64,000 bases of DNA from Chrysomallon squamiferum (GCA_012295275.1 CM022665.1:2046001-2110000), one strand, 5' to 3'; counted from the stretch's first letter, positions 44,901-60,177 are shown. Notes: generated by a model from the letters alone, not told the origin. Numbers and translations are program-made.

Positions 44901-45695
44901 TCACAACAACGATAAACATCCATCTCTTCTTTAACACACGCAGAACCTTCCAGTTATCTTTGTAGTTACTTCGGTATTACGAATATTGCGTTATTAAGTT
45001 AAACGTATACGTATGTATATATGTATGCATTATAAACTATACCTGCTTGAATGTTAGTGCGCTTAAAGTTATTTTTTGAAAATATATCTGTTGTGACGTG
45101 TTAATTTTGTTGTATTTTCAGTGTCCACTTTTCGTTTTACATTTTTGTTCTTCACTTAAAAATCCACGTCGAGGAAATCTGAGAATAATTCTGCCCACAT
45201 CAGACACACTTAGACCAAAACTGTGCTGATCACATGGCGAAATCTCACATGTTGTTTGATTAATTTGAAACGGCAATGTTTGATTCAGTACGTGAGAAAA
45301 ATATTCCGAATTTGATTTTCATGTCAAAAAGTCGCCGTGAGGCGTCGCATACACTTGTGTCACCTGTCCGAAATGAGAAGTGACAAGAGCCTTGATTGGC
45401 TGAAATCTGACCTACTGTCTTGACGGATTTGTCGTTACTCGTTCTAATTAACGCGCAAAGTAAGACTGAAACCTTGAAAGATTTTTTTTATTTATTTCTT
45501 CAAATCAGCCATTAACTAAAATACAAGAATGTACAGCAAAGCTGATTGGCCAATGACATCTATTACTACATCAACGACAACAACAACGCCACAGTAATAA
45601 CAAAGACAATAAAAATACATTTTTAAAAAAGACGAAGAAAGAATCATATTACAAAATTAAGACTGTGTATGCGATAATAATAATAATAATAATAA

Positions 45696-45726
<31 letters not shown>

Positions 45727-46512
45727 AGGAGGATGAAACAATAACAACAACATCATCAACAACAACACTATAGTTTGACGTTTCACAACTTTAACTGAAA
45801 TGTTTAAAATACAATCAGTTAATAAATTCTGCTTGTGGCTACTGCACCATTTTAAATTTGTAATTAACACAAAGAGTTAAATTAAGCAATATAAATAAAA
45901 TGGTGGGAATAATTTATGTAAATTACGTTTTAATAATAATAAAAAATTGCACAGATAGTAGTTAATCAATTTTTAAAACGAGCACTGAAGGGTGACGTAA
46001 TGTTTAAATCGAATATTGCCATCATGGCCATGTCATTTCGACTATTTGTTTTTAAAAATATAATACAAAAACCCAACATTTTGCCCACCCATAAACAGCA
46101 GTATGATCAGTGTCATATACACTTGATAAATAATCTGGGAAAAAAAAAAAAAAAAAAAAAAAAACACTCCCAAAAACCAAAGGTGTCAGTGACATTATAT
46201 AATTTTTTTGCGTGGAAAAATAAAGGGATTATATTCATTAACATCGATCATTGTTAATTGGTTGATGTCAGTATCTGTTCTGCATGTTTTTCCAATAACT
46301 TAAAACCCAGAGTGGTATTGTTTTTCACATTAATCATCTTACTACCACACATTCAAATTCATGAGAAGATATAAATATTCTAAAATTAATACTTACAGAA
46401 ACTTAATGTCACCTGCTTTTCAGATCGGGTGTTCTTACCGTTTTTATGTGTCTTTTATTTCATGTACTATGATTAGTTTATTTTGAAGTAAAAATAAATA
46501 AAATAACTATAA

Positions 46513-46513
46513 A

Positions 46514-46561
<48 letters not shown>

Positions 46562-46697
46562 TAAATAAATAAATAAATAAATTAATTAATTAATTAATTG
46601 AAAAATGATGATATGGTGTGCAAGCGTACTGGATTTTAAATTTCATCTCCACTTAATAAATTTGTTTTCGTTTTTTGTCACTCTGTAATCATTTCAA

Positions 46698-46731
<34 letters not shown>

Positions 46732-46805
46732 GAAGAAGAAGAAGAAGAAGAAGAAGAAGAAGAAGAAGAAGAAGAAGAAGAACAACAACAACAACAACAA
46801 CAATA
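46513..46805. repeat. Two graded compound microsatellites: (TAAG)->(TAAA)->(TAAT) and (AAT)->(AAG)->(AAC)
   Basis: Seen directly at 46513-46598 and 46698-46805. Confidence 0.93.
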
Positions 46806-46845
46806 ACCAAAAAATATAATAAAGATGATGATGATTATTATCATT

Positions 46846-46883
<38 letters not shown>

Positions 46884-48789
46884 ATTATTATTATTATTAT
46901 TATTATATTATTATTATTATTATATTATTATTATTATCATTATAATATTATTATTATTTATTTATTTATTTAGTATAAACTTTATTACTGCTACTACTAC
47001 TACTATCGTTATTGTGTGTTTTTTTGTAGTTATAATTATTACTATTACTGAAAGTTTCGTTGTTGAAAAGTTTATAGTTAATATTACATTGTATCATTTT
47101 TTACAATAAAACGTATTAAATGCAAAAACACAAAACACAAAAACAAAAAAGGAAAATATCTCTGTCAGTGTGACATTCCATCCTATGTAATTAAAAATAA
47201 ATTTTTAAAAAATAAATAAAAACAAAGAAATAAATAAATTAAAAAATAAAATAAAATAAAAAACAAACAAATAAATAAATAAATAAATAAATAAAATTTA
47301 AAATTAAAAATAAATAAATAAATTTAAAAAAAGTAAATAAATAAATAAATAAAAACAACAACTGTTTGACAAATATGAATGTGTTCTATGAAACAAGAGG
47401 AAAGATAGGCAGTTAAAAAAATGAACTTCTTCTACACACTTGAAATTAGATTTTTCCTAACACTGCCAGGCAACCTCGACATTCTCTTTGTTTTTGTTGT
47501 TGTGTTCCGACTAATACCCAATCCGTCATGTCCAAACGAAGCACCTACAGGACACAGCTCGTAGATGAAGTCACGAAACTAAGACGAAAAGAAGCATTAA
47601 TGACTCTGGATTTTCACTGGAATCAGGCAAAAATCTTATTTCAATATTCCAAGGCAGTTCTATCTGACGAAAATCTTCCATTCTCTAGGGGCAATTTTCA
47701 GGCTATGGCGGGTGTTCAATTTCCTATGATGGATTGGCAAGCGACATTTTCTTCTCACATTTTTACATTGTGATGCATCAGAAAATGAGAAATTCCGTAC
47801 CCATCTAGACAAGGAATTATCAGTTCAGGGAACTCGAAAAAGACAAAAATCTTTTTGTTCTTTGAAAAATATCTTTAAATTAAAGAGAGTTGGATTTTTT
47901 TTTTTTGTTGATTTTTGGATTTTTTTTTTTTTTTTTTTCAATTAAAAATCATTCTGTTCAGCTTCACGCCGTCCCGGCATTTCAGACTAGGATTCGCGCG
48001 CATGGATTTTCACAGCGGAAGCACTTCCGTTAGATGGAGTAAATCTCCTAAGAAGAAGCACGCACACACAAGCAAATGATTAATAGCTCATTTTATAAAA
48101 ACGAACATACATCGTGCATTACACACTTATGGGTCTAGGTGTCTGAAGGAGATTTCTTCTATCTTTTCTTTATTTCTTTTTTTCTTTTTTTTTTCTTTTC
48201 TTGAAATTTAATTTTAATTTTTTTAGCATTTAATTAAAAATTAAGAATAACTCAAAACATTTATGTTGCTGATTTGACTGACAGCTTCCGGTTCAAGTAT
48301 GTTTTTGTTAGCACCATAAAATCATACAGTTATTGCCCTAATGTTTTTCACACTAAATTTGCGATAAAATTAGAAAGCTAAAGAAGTAATTTTTGTGCAA
48401 TGACTGTAAGATGACATCTTAACACACAATTACCAAGGTCGTCATTTTAATGGGATTTTCCCAGACACTTTGTGTGATCATGTTACTCCCTCCTTGCCTC
48501 GGCCCATGACATCACAGAAACGTGCGACTATTTCTTGTCTTCATAGATCATCCCCGTTAACTGTTTTGTCAGCAGGCAAGTTTGCAGACAGTTAATACAT
48601 TTCTTATTACATCGCTTCGGACGTGAACTAAACTAAACATGTAACATTATAAACCAACATCGTCTGGTTAAAAAAAAAAAAAAAAAAAACCAACAAACCC
48701 CAAATGATTAAAAAAACAACAACAAAACAACAATCCAAAAAAAACAACTAACAACCTTAAAGGCAGAGAGGAAGAAAGAAGAAAGTACT

Positions 48790-49060
48790 AATTGCGTCAC
48801 TGTTGCATATCATTAAGACAACACGTGATTTATGGCGCCAAGTTAGCCAGCTTTTAGTTCGTTTTCGTCAAGGGCGGTTAAAATGACGTGGCCCAACGTC
48901 ACGCGGAGCCGCTGCACGCGAAGTTATCGACCCTGTCAGCGCGGGCCAGAAGGCCATGTCCGGCTCTGCGCGGTGCATAATTATCGCGATCATGGAAGAC
49001 TTCGCGGGCTTCTTGTCATTTTCTCGACCTCAGCATCTGAGACGAATGCTATTGATATGT
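48790..49060. promoter_or_regulatory. CpG-island-like element with Pbx-Hox, E-box, CRE-half and Meis sites
   Basis: CACGTG/TGATTTATGG/GGCGCC overlapping at 48822-48839, TGACGT (48884), ACGTCA (48896), CTGTCA (48933). Confidence 0.55.
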
Positions 49061-50899
49061 AAATTACTGGTGAAAAAAACACCTCTGATGTATATCTTTC
49101 TCAGTTCAGACTGCACATTAACCGACTCTGACTGCAACTATAATCAGCCATTAACGATGCAAATGAAGCTACTTACGATTTTAAAAACATCTCTGTGTCC
49201 TGATAAGCGAGGCGGATGATATAAATGATACGATGTCATTTTTATCCATGTATTTATCCACGTCAGTTCGATGTAGTTAGCGTCAGACAGTTTACAAAAT
49301 CGCACCGAACCAGCAATTTGCCCAACTTGACAAGCCTTGTCGATTTGAGATCGGAGAACAAGTTGTCCAATAGACCGTCAAGTATTTAATCTTCGTTTTA
49401 TGCCAACGTGTTTTGAAATTACGTGCATGGATATCGGCCATCTCGTGAAATTTTCAAATATGTCGATGTCTTTGTTATTATTATTATTATTATTATCTAC
49501 ACGTACTTAGCATAATGCTAGACTTGTAAAAATCTAAATTATATCCACTGCACTGAATCTGAAATAGCCATCAGCCGTTTCAGTCATGACATCAGGTATT
49601 GTTTTGTAAAAACTTGATGTGTACAGTCAGCACGAACACGGTACAATTCACAGAAAGAACAATATCCTTCGGTGCTACTTCCTAATGTCGACTACAGATA
49701 ATTTCTTTTGTTTAAAAGACTGAAATAACGGCAGTCTAAATTTCAGATGTGTTCGAGTCTCATCTGTATGGATGTAACTGCCGTTTACAAATACGTTATG
49801 TATGAATGCCGTATGATTTATATATATATGTAGATATATATATATATATATTTTATATCAAAGAGACAAACACCGATCATTTGTCTAAATAACATATATT
49901 TTGTCAAAACTGATATCATGAACTCGCAAATCAACGTCAGTAACAATGACCAAAGCAACCAGAACCTGACAGAGACCTGTTCAAGTTGGCATATCCAGAT
50001 GTAAACTGTGAAACTGAAACTATTTGTAAAAAAAAATAATAATAAAAAAAATTAAAAAAAAATAAAATTAAAAAAACCCCACAATTCAAAACATTCAAAT
50101 GTCTGTTTCAATTTTACAGTTTGACATTACTCATATGTTTTCATCAATTTAGTGGAAATCCCTCTACTTGTCATTAAAACCTGTTTTTGACGTGTGGCGT
50201 GGGCTTTTCAAGAAATTGACGAAACTATACGGAAACTGTCGAGTTGCTGTATCGTATATCAGTTTAGACAGCGAGGCGTTTCCATCGAGATCTCCTGCCC
50301 CGTACGTTTTCATTATTTATCTTTAATAAGGCTTTGAACTTTTAATATTAGCAGTTCTCTTTGAAGCTGTGATGAATGTGCAACTTCAGGAATTATACTG
50401 TTTCTAAGGTGATGTCTTGTACGTGTACGTAATGGACGCAAGATTTAGTGTACATCTAAGTGATAATACGTAAATTCACTTGAATTAAACACTCTGAACG
50501 GGCAAATTCAAATCATGTAAATAATTTTATCTGAGAAAATTAAATAAAATGAAACCAAACACAATTCAGAATTTTTTTTATATTTTTTTTTTTTTTTTTT
50601 TTTTAATTGTGTCTTGTTAAAATAAGGATTTTAATTGTGTCTCTCAGTCTGTTCGAGAGACATAAAAAAAAAGTTGAAATGTAGATGGGTTTTTTTTGGT
50701 GGGGGTTAAATATGTACCCCCACCCCACAATGAGCCGTGGCACATTTTAAGGGACCAAGATTGAAAAATCTGACAAAGAGTTTTTTGTTTCTCTCTGTTT
50801 TTGTTGTATCCTTGTTTCAGAAGATCCCTTAAAAGAAACGTGTCCACAAAAGGTTTGAGAATGCAGAGCTAGAATGTAATTTGCCGTGTTTAATATTAT

Positions 50900-51244
<345 letters not shown>

Positions 51245-51709
51245 TATTCTAGGTTTTGGTTTACTATACATCGTATATATATATATATTAGTTATTTTAT
51301 TTTCACACTTACTGATTAACGATACAAATGACCAACAGAAGACACATTTCAAAATAATAGACATCTAGCTTTTTGTCGGGTTCTGTGCTTGTCTTCAAAG
51401 AGACAAAATTTGATGCTGTCCAATAATCCAGAACTTGCGACTGGTTTAAAAATTAAAAACTAAAATTAAAATTTCTAAAAATAAAATAAAAAAGAAACTA
51501 ATACATAGCCTCCTGATTTTTCAGATTTTTAAAAATTTATTTATTTTTTTTTTTTTAAAACTTGGTTTTAGGAATATTTCATAATATGTAATAATATGAT
51601 ATGACCAAACAAATGAATGTCCAGAATATCTTTACTGTTGATTAAGTAATATATTATTATTATTGTTGTTGTTGTTATTATTATTTTATTATTATTATTA
51701 TTATTATCG

Positions 51710-51767
<58 letters not shown>

Positions 51768-53362
51768 CATTATTATTATTATTATTATTGTTGTTAGCTT
51801 TAGCAAATTTAAATAATGGTCATTAATAATTAACATTAATAAACAGTATAAATAGCAAAATTATTTCTGAGAAAAAAAAATGGATTGTGTGTGTGTGTAT
51901 GTTTTGCAAAAAACAAAATATGATCTATTTGAATTTTTTTCATTATAAAGCGGCTTAAAATATATTATTTCTATAACTTTAAATGGATATAAATATGTTT
52001 ACGTGAAATTAATGTTGCTGCTAATAAATAAAACAAACTAGACTTGTTATCTTTTTCATTCTGAAAGCTGAACTATCAAAAATTTAATTTAATTTACATA
52101 CATACCATAGTTATTTACATTCATTTATTTATAAGATCAGTAACACATGTAAAATTATATGCATGTCTGTGTGTATGTATGCACGTATATACACACATAT
52201 ACATATACACAAAAACACATAGACACACATGCATTCATACTCAAACTTATATACTTACACACACACACACATATAAATATAAAATTACACACACACACAC
52301 ACACACACACACCTACCTATCTATCTACCTACCTACCTACATTCATACTCATATACAATCATACATACATAGTACGTTTACGCTGATACGGATAGATTTC
52401 ATTTATGATTATTGATCCATTTAGTACAAATAAACGTGAAATTATCTGAACAGTAGACGTTCTGACACTATCGTTATTATCTAACTGTAATGTAGATCAT
52501 TTTAAGTATTAATATCATGCATCAGTACCCCAGATGTGCCGAATATATTCTAGTTTATGAATATGTATGAACTGCAACATACATTGTAGTTAATCGACTA
52601 CTGCTTATACTGAGTAGGTTATTGTTACTTTAAATGCATTTTACATAAAAGCGATGCATTTTTTTATTTAACTATTTATCTATTTATGTAGTATGTGTAT
52701 GTATGTATGTATGTATGTATGTATGTATGTATGTGTATGTATGTATGTATATATGAATGTGTGTATGTATGCATGCATGTACATACGTATCTATCCATAT
52801 GTCTAACTCTTTGTCTATCCCTGTATCTATCTATCTGTGTTTGTCTATCTATCCATCTATATATATATATATATATATATATTTAGTGCTTGTAACATAT
52901 GCATAGGGTTTGTTTGATACTGAAGATAAATGTAAATTAACATGAATATTTGTTCAAAGTGGCAATATAATGTTTTATTTAGCATATTTATTACGATACT
53001 ACTCATTTTACCTTTTATTTCATTTCACAGTATGAATTTTTACATAATAATAAAAAAAAATTACAAAAATTACAAATCATGTCAAACTGCTCAAAGTACT
53101 AGATATTTTCGTACAAACACTAAAACAAGAAATATATATATATTTTTATTATTTGTTGAAACTGCCACAAAGTATGAACATATTTTTTTACTTTAAACAA
53201 ATGATTTTGTTTCTTGTTCCACAAAATCAAGTATAGGTGAATAAACTGTCGTTCAAGTGAAAATAATTTTAGGATATAAAAAAGTTTGACTCGAAGATTT
53301 GGTAGTGATAATTTCATATAAGTTAAGGTAGTAGAGTCGATATTGAAAAAAAATTAAATAAC

Positions 53363-53411
<49 letters not shown>

Positions 53412-55161
53412 CAATAACAACAATAATAACAACAACAAAAACTGCAACAACACTAATAATTGTAATACAAACACCACAGAACCTTTGATTTACATGCAGT
53501 AATGATTAATGCTGAACTGGAGTTAAACGAGTACACTCTGTTCGTTAATTAATACTCGCAGAGAGTACAGTTGAGAAGATAAAATACCAGTCACTTATAT
53601 CAATTATCAGCACTCAAACAATCAGTGGTAAATGTCTAATTCACTGACTAGTTTTATTATCACTTCATCTATTTATATCAAACCGGCATCTTTCTGTCTG
53701 TTTGACGGCATTTGTGGCATTTCCCAATGCCACCTTGGTTGTATAAATAATTATATAAGCATCGTATTGTTGTACCTAACAAATTAGATTTTCGCTTTCT
53801 TTTGATGTCACAGTCACCTGAAGATCAAACGACCGATGACGTATGACAGACTTTTCTGTAAGAGACATAACAAGTTGTTTAGACGTCCAGATGAATCACT
53901 GTCACAAAGGTCTTGCTTTGAAACTGCAAGTTCTTCCACTACGCACTCCGCCAGTTCACAGCCGATTTAATTACACGATCATTTTGTTTCAGTTCCTTCG
54001 ACAGTATTTTAAAATTCATACGGGTAGTGGAATACATTATTATATCTTTGGAGTGTTATAAACAGTAATTTAAAAAAAAAAAAAAAAAAAACATTTTCTA
54101 CGTTTTATAAAATAATGTGCAGTTGGAATAGATTGAATTGTTTGATTTTCAAAATGATCATCGGTTTTTAGCTCTGTTACGTTAAGTATTTGAAGATAAA
54201 TGTATAAAATACTAATGTAAATAAGGAATAATTCGTAAAACTGATATTATGAATGGCACTGTAATGATTTTACCAGGGTTTTAAAAAAAAAAAAAATTAA
54301 TGACTCTGCAATATTTGATATAAGCGATTTTATTTCGATAATAATGCCAAAAATTGTTTTTTCTGTTTGTTTGTTATTGACCTTTTTACAACACAACGAA
54401 ACTCTGAGACAACACACAAGCTAATTAATTGTACAAACCATGTCGAATTATGATAAATATCGGCGACACGTGCAGACAGATTAATGTCATTTAACTACGC
54501 AGTACTGTTCGGTGTATTTTTGAATATATGTTTCTACATCTCAGTCAGTTAAATTTTATGACAATTTTGTTTATATTAAGAAACGCCGAATTAGCAGAAT
54601 GTGCGGTGTATAAATTGTTAAACTTAACGTGAAGTATTATATTTCTAGAAATACATAAAACAGTCCTCGAATCTAGGCCAAAATGAGAGAGAAGAGCGTC
54701 TTCAAAGGGAGGTAATCAGACGAAGAGTCCTTGGCCATCTTTGCCGTGTTAAGTTTATTGCACTTGTGTTGATTTATGGGTATTTTACTGGTGTATACCG
54801 TCGATAAAATTTTCATCTTTAAAATAATTTATTACACACTGAGCTTTAAAGGTGACGATTTCTTATTTTTTTAAAAAGTAAACTATTTATAACAAACTCT
54901 AAAACAGAGTAATAAAAATTAAAAGTTAATTTTTTTTTTCTTCTTCTTCTTCTTTTATACGTGAAACATTTTGGATATAACAGAAGTGTAAATAATGCTG
55001 GTATCACACCTTCCTTCAGTTTTTTCTTTTTCTTTTTTCTTTCTTTAAATTGTATCTTTTGAAGAATATCGTAATCACTTTGTATTTAATAATTATAAAT
55101 ATACTGCATGAAATATTAATTTAAAAATAATAACAACAAGAATGAAGAATACGATAAACAC

Positions 55162-55193
<32 letters not shown>

Positions 55194-57759
55194 ATGTGTA
55201 AAATATTTACTGCCAAAATAATTGAAGAAATCCTGGAATAACACTAAACATGCGACCGTTCCCAGATAGCAAGGCCCAGAACGTGTCATAAAATGAAGTA
55301 AATCGTGAAATGAAACACGAGAAAAGCATTTAAACCGCACGGCTCGGCCTCCGATCACACGGCATAAAATGGCGGCACTTCTGTCGCACGTGGATTTTCG
55401 CAAACGGGTCAGTCAATAGAACATTTATATAAAAAAATAAAAAATTAAATAAAATTAAAAATTAAAAAGAAAGAAAGAAAAAACCTTTTTTTTTAATGGT
55501 TGGCAGCAGTTTATTGTTTTATGTGCAAACAGATCATTAGACACGGGTCTACGCAACAAACACATGAATGACTGTTACAGTTTCCAGTCGAAGTCACAAT
55601 TCGTTGACAGACTAACTGTAGCCTTGACATTTGTTTAAAAAAAACACACCCCAAAAAACCAAATGTGTGCGTCTGTTTGTGTGTGTGTGTGTGTGTGTGT
55701 TGTTGTTGTTGCGTATATATATATATAATTGTGCGCGTTTTTGAAATTAAAAAAAATATATATTAAAATGATAATTATAATAATAAATGTTTAAAAATCT
55801 GCTACGTCACACACATATAAATAATAATGTAGTTCTCATTTCCATTACAGTTCTTTGATCTGAAACGTAAGGTTGCTAGCCGCTCGAGGACATCTGATAT
55901 TTAAATTAGTGTAGATCTGTCTGCTTTAAAGACATTTCTTACTGTTAATCAATGTAAGGGCAGCATATGGACTGCTTACAGTTGAGTTTTGAATTTCATT
56001 GACAGCCCGGGCAGCTTAGGTCAACTACGAATTTTAAAGAACAAAAATAAGTGTTTTCTATAATACTGTCGAATATACTACAACGAGAATGTATAATAAT
56101 CTTAAAATACTTTTCTTCATTAAACTACTGAATACTTGCATGACTATTTTTGATGTATATCTGTCTAGGTCGTTCAGATAGTCGATCTTTTAGATCAGAT
56201 TAATATCCATCTTACGCTACCGGATACAGTTATTTATACAGAAATTATGTAGGTGTATTCTACATAATATGTCAGCTGTTGACATCATCGGCTTTCGCAC
56301 CGTGAATACGTTCGCGTTTCTGTAACAAAGCAAGAGACAACTTTCTCTTAAAATACATAAGTAAAGCAGTTAATTAATACAGCATGTACACAAATATAAT
56401 GTATCCGAAACGTATTAACAGCGTGATGACATAAACAACGCAAAATTAGATGCCCGTAATATTTCTAAATCTACATAGTGTTTCAGAATAGGCAGTATCA
56501 TCACTGTGATGTGTATAACATTACAGAAGTATGGTACCTAGGGTATAAATATTAAAGTATTTTGTACTGAGAAATGAGTCGAGTTACGTATAAAATAAAT
56601 ACCATCATACACGTGAGATTTTATTTCATGGAACCAAGAGACGTACAATTGACTACTGTCTAAATTTGTTTTCAGAAACTGATCTCACGTTTACTTACAC
56701 AGTATGATCAGTAACGTGACACCCTTACCATCACTGATTAATTATGAAATGGTTTTGGTTTCAGTTAATTCCGTGGAAAATAAAATACGATGGCATCATA
56801 AATTACAAGTTAATTGTCCTGCCACACATACAAGGAAAGGGTACTCTTGACTGAAATGACGTGATTATGCAAATTGGGAAATCTAATCGGATATTCGATA
56901 TTATTAACAATCTCAGTGCTTTTAGACTTGTATCATTTGTGTATGTGTGTGTGCAGTACAAAGATTTAAATCAAACAGTTTCTTGTTTAGAACCCAGGTA
57001 CAGGTTACTCCTATAAACTGTGAACACCAGTTTAATGAGATAGGTAAAACAGTTCTCCAGCCTTGACTCGTACGTGGGGCAGCCTGTTTAATTATAGCAG
57101 AATAAATTAGGTTGACTAAGCTCTTTGACCTCAGCTGTTGAGTAACTTTCTTCTTCTTTTCTTCTCCAAAGCTGAGAAAAATCGGAATATTTAGTTGTAA
57201 AATTCAAAATGCTTCATTGTAGTTTCACATTATCTTTAGTATTATTAATAATTACATTGCGATTCGCAAATACTAGATAAACTTGTATTTGTCTATCATT
57301 CATAATACAAACAAACAAAATAAGTCAGAACAAGGGAAAAAACCCACAAAAATAACCAGCAACACAAAACAGAACAAAAAACAACAACAAACCCCCACGA
57401 CCCCCCACCACAAAAAAACCCCAAGGACAATAAGAACAAGAACACCTACCCCCCCAAAAAAAAACCCAACAACAAATAAACAAGCAACAAAATAAAGTAA
57501 TAATGCCGTCTTCTCCTTCGAGAGTTTTAGGTTATACGGTCTGCAATGTAATATCTGCAAATCATGTATAAAAGCCACCATAAGAAGAAACCCGCTGTCG
57601 ACACAGTACAGTTATTCTGAAAAGATTCTTTCTGTGCATTATCACAGGATGCAGAACACAAAAGCTTTTCACAAAGCAATTGTGGAATATCGAATACACG
57701 AGAGAGAAAATATGTCGAGTTTCATTATTATCGAGATGATTCAGGCAACTATATCCGGG

Positions 57760-58205
57760 ATACAATGGTCAAACCTGTCGTTATCAGTGTCACGTGACTT
57801 CCTAACCAATTGCGCGGAAAACGTGTCACTTTTACGTCAAAGATATATTCTCGCACCATAATCAGCTTGAAGGATTCATCAATCTGATTTGTCCGATTGT
57901 CCCTTGTCACCGCGTTTATCGTGATCGCCTTATCGGAATGGCCACCGTGTGGTAATTGCCTCGTTACCCGTGCCCCCACCTCATTCTCTATTCATTTAGC
58001 TGTCAAATTACCTCCCCTCTTCTGCGATTATCAGATCGAAGCGTTGTCAGTTTCACTGATACTGTTTTTCCCTGTCCAAGATACACCTGATCGAGGGATC
58101 GATATGTCAGTCAGCATTGTCAGCTCTTTTAATTTACCTGATCTACCTGAGAACATTTTCAAAGCAGCGCGTGTGATACTCGCTTTTGAAGTTTAGCACC
58201 TGTGT
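57760..58205. promoter_or_regulatory. Island with a homotypic TGACA (TALE) cluster
   Basis: Seven co-oriented TGTCA in 335 bp, five ACCTG, GTCACGTGAC palindrome. Confidence 0.5.
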
Positions 58206-58828
58206 GTAAAAGGTTAAAGAAAAGACAAGACTAGGAAAAAGAAGAAAAAGAAAAAAAAAAAGAGAAAGAAAGAATTAAAAAAAAAAAAAAAAAAAATAAA
58301 AATATAAGAAAAACAAAAAAAGAAAAGAGAGAAAGAGAAAAAAAAAGTAAAGTAAAGATATAAAAAAGAAAAAGCAGCCCGTCGTGAGAAGCATCTACAG
58401 ATAGTTCACACGAAGGCAGATAATTGGTTCTGGATGAGGTATTTTGTTCAGTGCACGGCTTTTAAGCATTAAAGGCAATTTCACAGGCATTAGTTTATCA
58501 TAAATCTATTCTTAGTGACGCCAGCTTTTTCAGCGCTTTGTATGATGTGTGTGCGTATATGTTGGGTGTTTTTTTTCCTGGAGATAAATCTGGTTTTAAA
58601 ATCTGTCATTTAATGACGTATTGCACATAAGACTGACACTAGTTGAAACTGCACTGAAATAATTGTTTTGTTGTTCGTATGAGTGAGAATAACTTTGGTA
58701 TTCAATTGAAAAATCTTGTTTAGAGGAACCTGATGATGGCAGGAAGAGAAAAAAAAAAAAAAACGTTGATCAGAAACAGAAAGAAAAATAAGTGGAAATA
58801 CTGAATAAAAATGTGTTAACGAGATATG

Positions 58829-58875
58829 GAGAAAGAGAGAGAGAGAAAGAGAAACAGAGAGATAGAGAGAGAGAG

Positions 58876-58954
<79 letters not shown>

Positions 58955-59005
58955 TCAGATAGAGATAGAGAGAAAAAGACAGAGAGAGAGAGAGAGAGAG
59001 AGAGA
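58829..59005. repeat. (GA)n-rich purine tract
   Basis: Seen directly; explains the ERERE/SLSLS ORFs. Confidence 0.96.
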
Positions 59006-60177
59006 AGAAACGAGAGACATACAAAGAGAAAGATGAAGAGAGAGAAAACTGAATGGAAAGTTTAGGCTGAATTTACTAATTGCATTCATTTACTCTTTAA
59101 AATAAACGAAATTAAAGCGTTTTTGGTCAACGAATGATAACATTTTCAATGTTTAAGGTTCAATGATGACCTTTCTAATTGTTAGATGTTAAACAACCTC
59201 GTCTCATATATGTCAACAAAAGATAAAGTTAATTATTTGAAAACTGAGTTTTAATTATTACTTGACGCATTCAAACACACATTCTTTTTATTATTTCGGT
59301 ATTTTTCAAAAGTCGTTCGACGAAGTCAGCATAAAAATCTTTTCTGAAAAAATTGTAAAATAGAAAACTGGACAATTATCCACAATTTCACATGTTTATC
59401 TAGCAGTAGTGAACTAAGTGAAAAGCTGAATAAAACAAAAGTCATGCTATTGTTAATTGGTATTAACTTGGGCTACATGTGTATTTTTCATACAGTGGAA
59501 TTAACACATCAAAATATGAGATTAGTTTTATCACCTGTAATTCAGTATTCCTTAGAACTTAGAAACCGATTTCCTTCGTTTTAAGGTTCCACATAAACTT
59601 AACAGGTTATGTCCAAATTCTTTAACTTTATTGCAGTTTTAAACAGAGTTATTATAATGGTTTAATTTTCAGTGCAAAACAAGCAGATTAATTTCAAATA
59701 AAAACATCAGAATGTATATTTTCTGAGAATTACAGGATTTACGCTAATGGTCATACGATATGTGGAGTCTTTGAACGTGCTTAATTAGCAAACGATTAAA
59801 TAGCGTAATTTTCAATATCCGTAAATAATCGTTTCACCGACTAAAGAAACATTACGTCCTTGGAAAATCCTCTCACAGTGATTCGACAGGGCGTCACTCA
59901 AACCCCGCGGTTTTACAGTACCGAGTTCTAACCACGAGCGTGCCCAAGCCGTGGGGTATCGTCTGTTCTTCCGATCAGCTGTTAAAACCTGGTGCGTTAC
60001 TGCATACCTCAGACTGCACAGAGGCAGTAAATATTGACGATGACATTATTTGTCTTATCTAAGGCGACTAATATTAATTGAAATTCAGAGGAAACGTGAT
60101 ACAGGTGGAGAGTGTGGGAAATTAAATCATTTGTAATGGTACTGAGTTAAAGTGTATATAGATATAAAAAGATAAGA

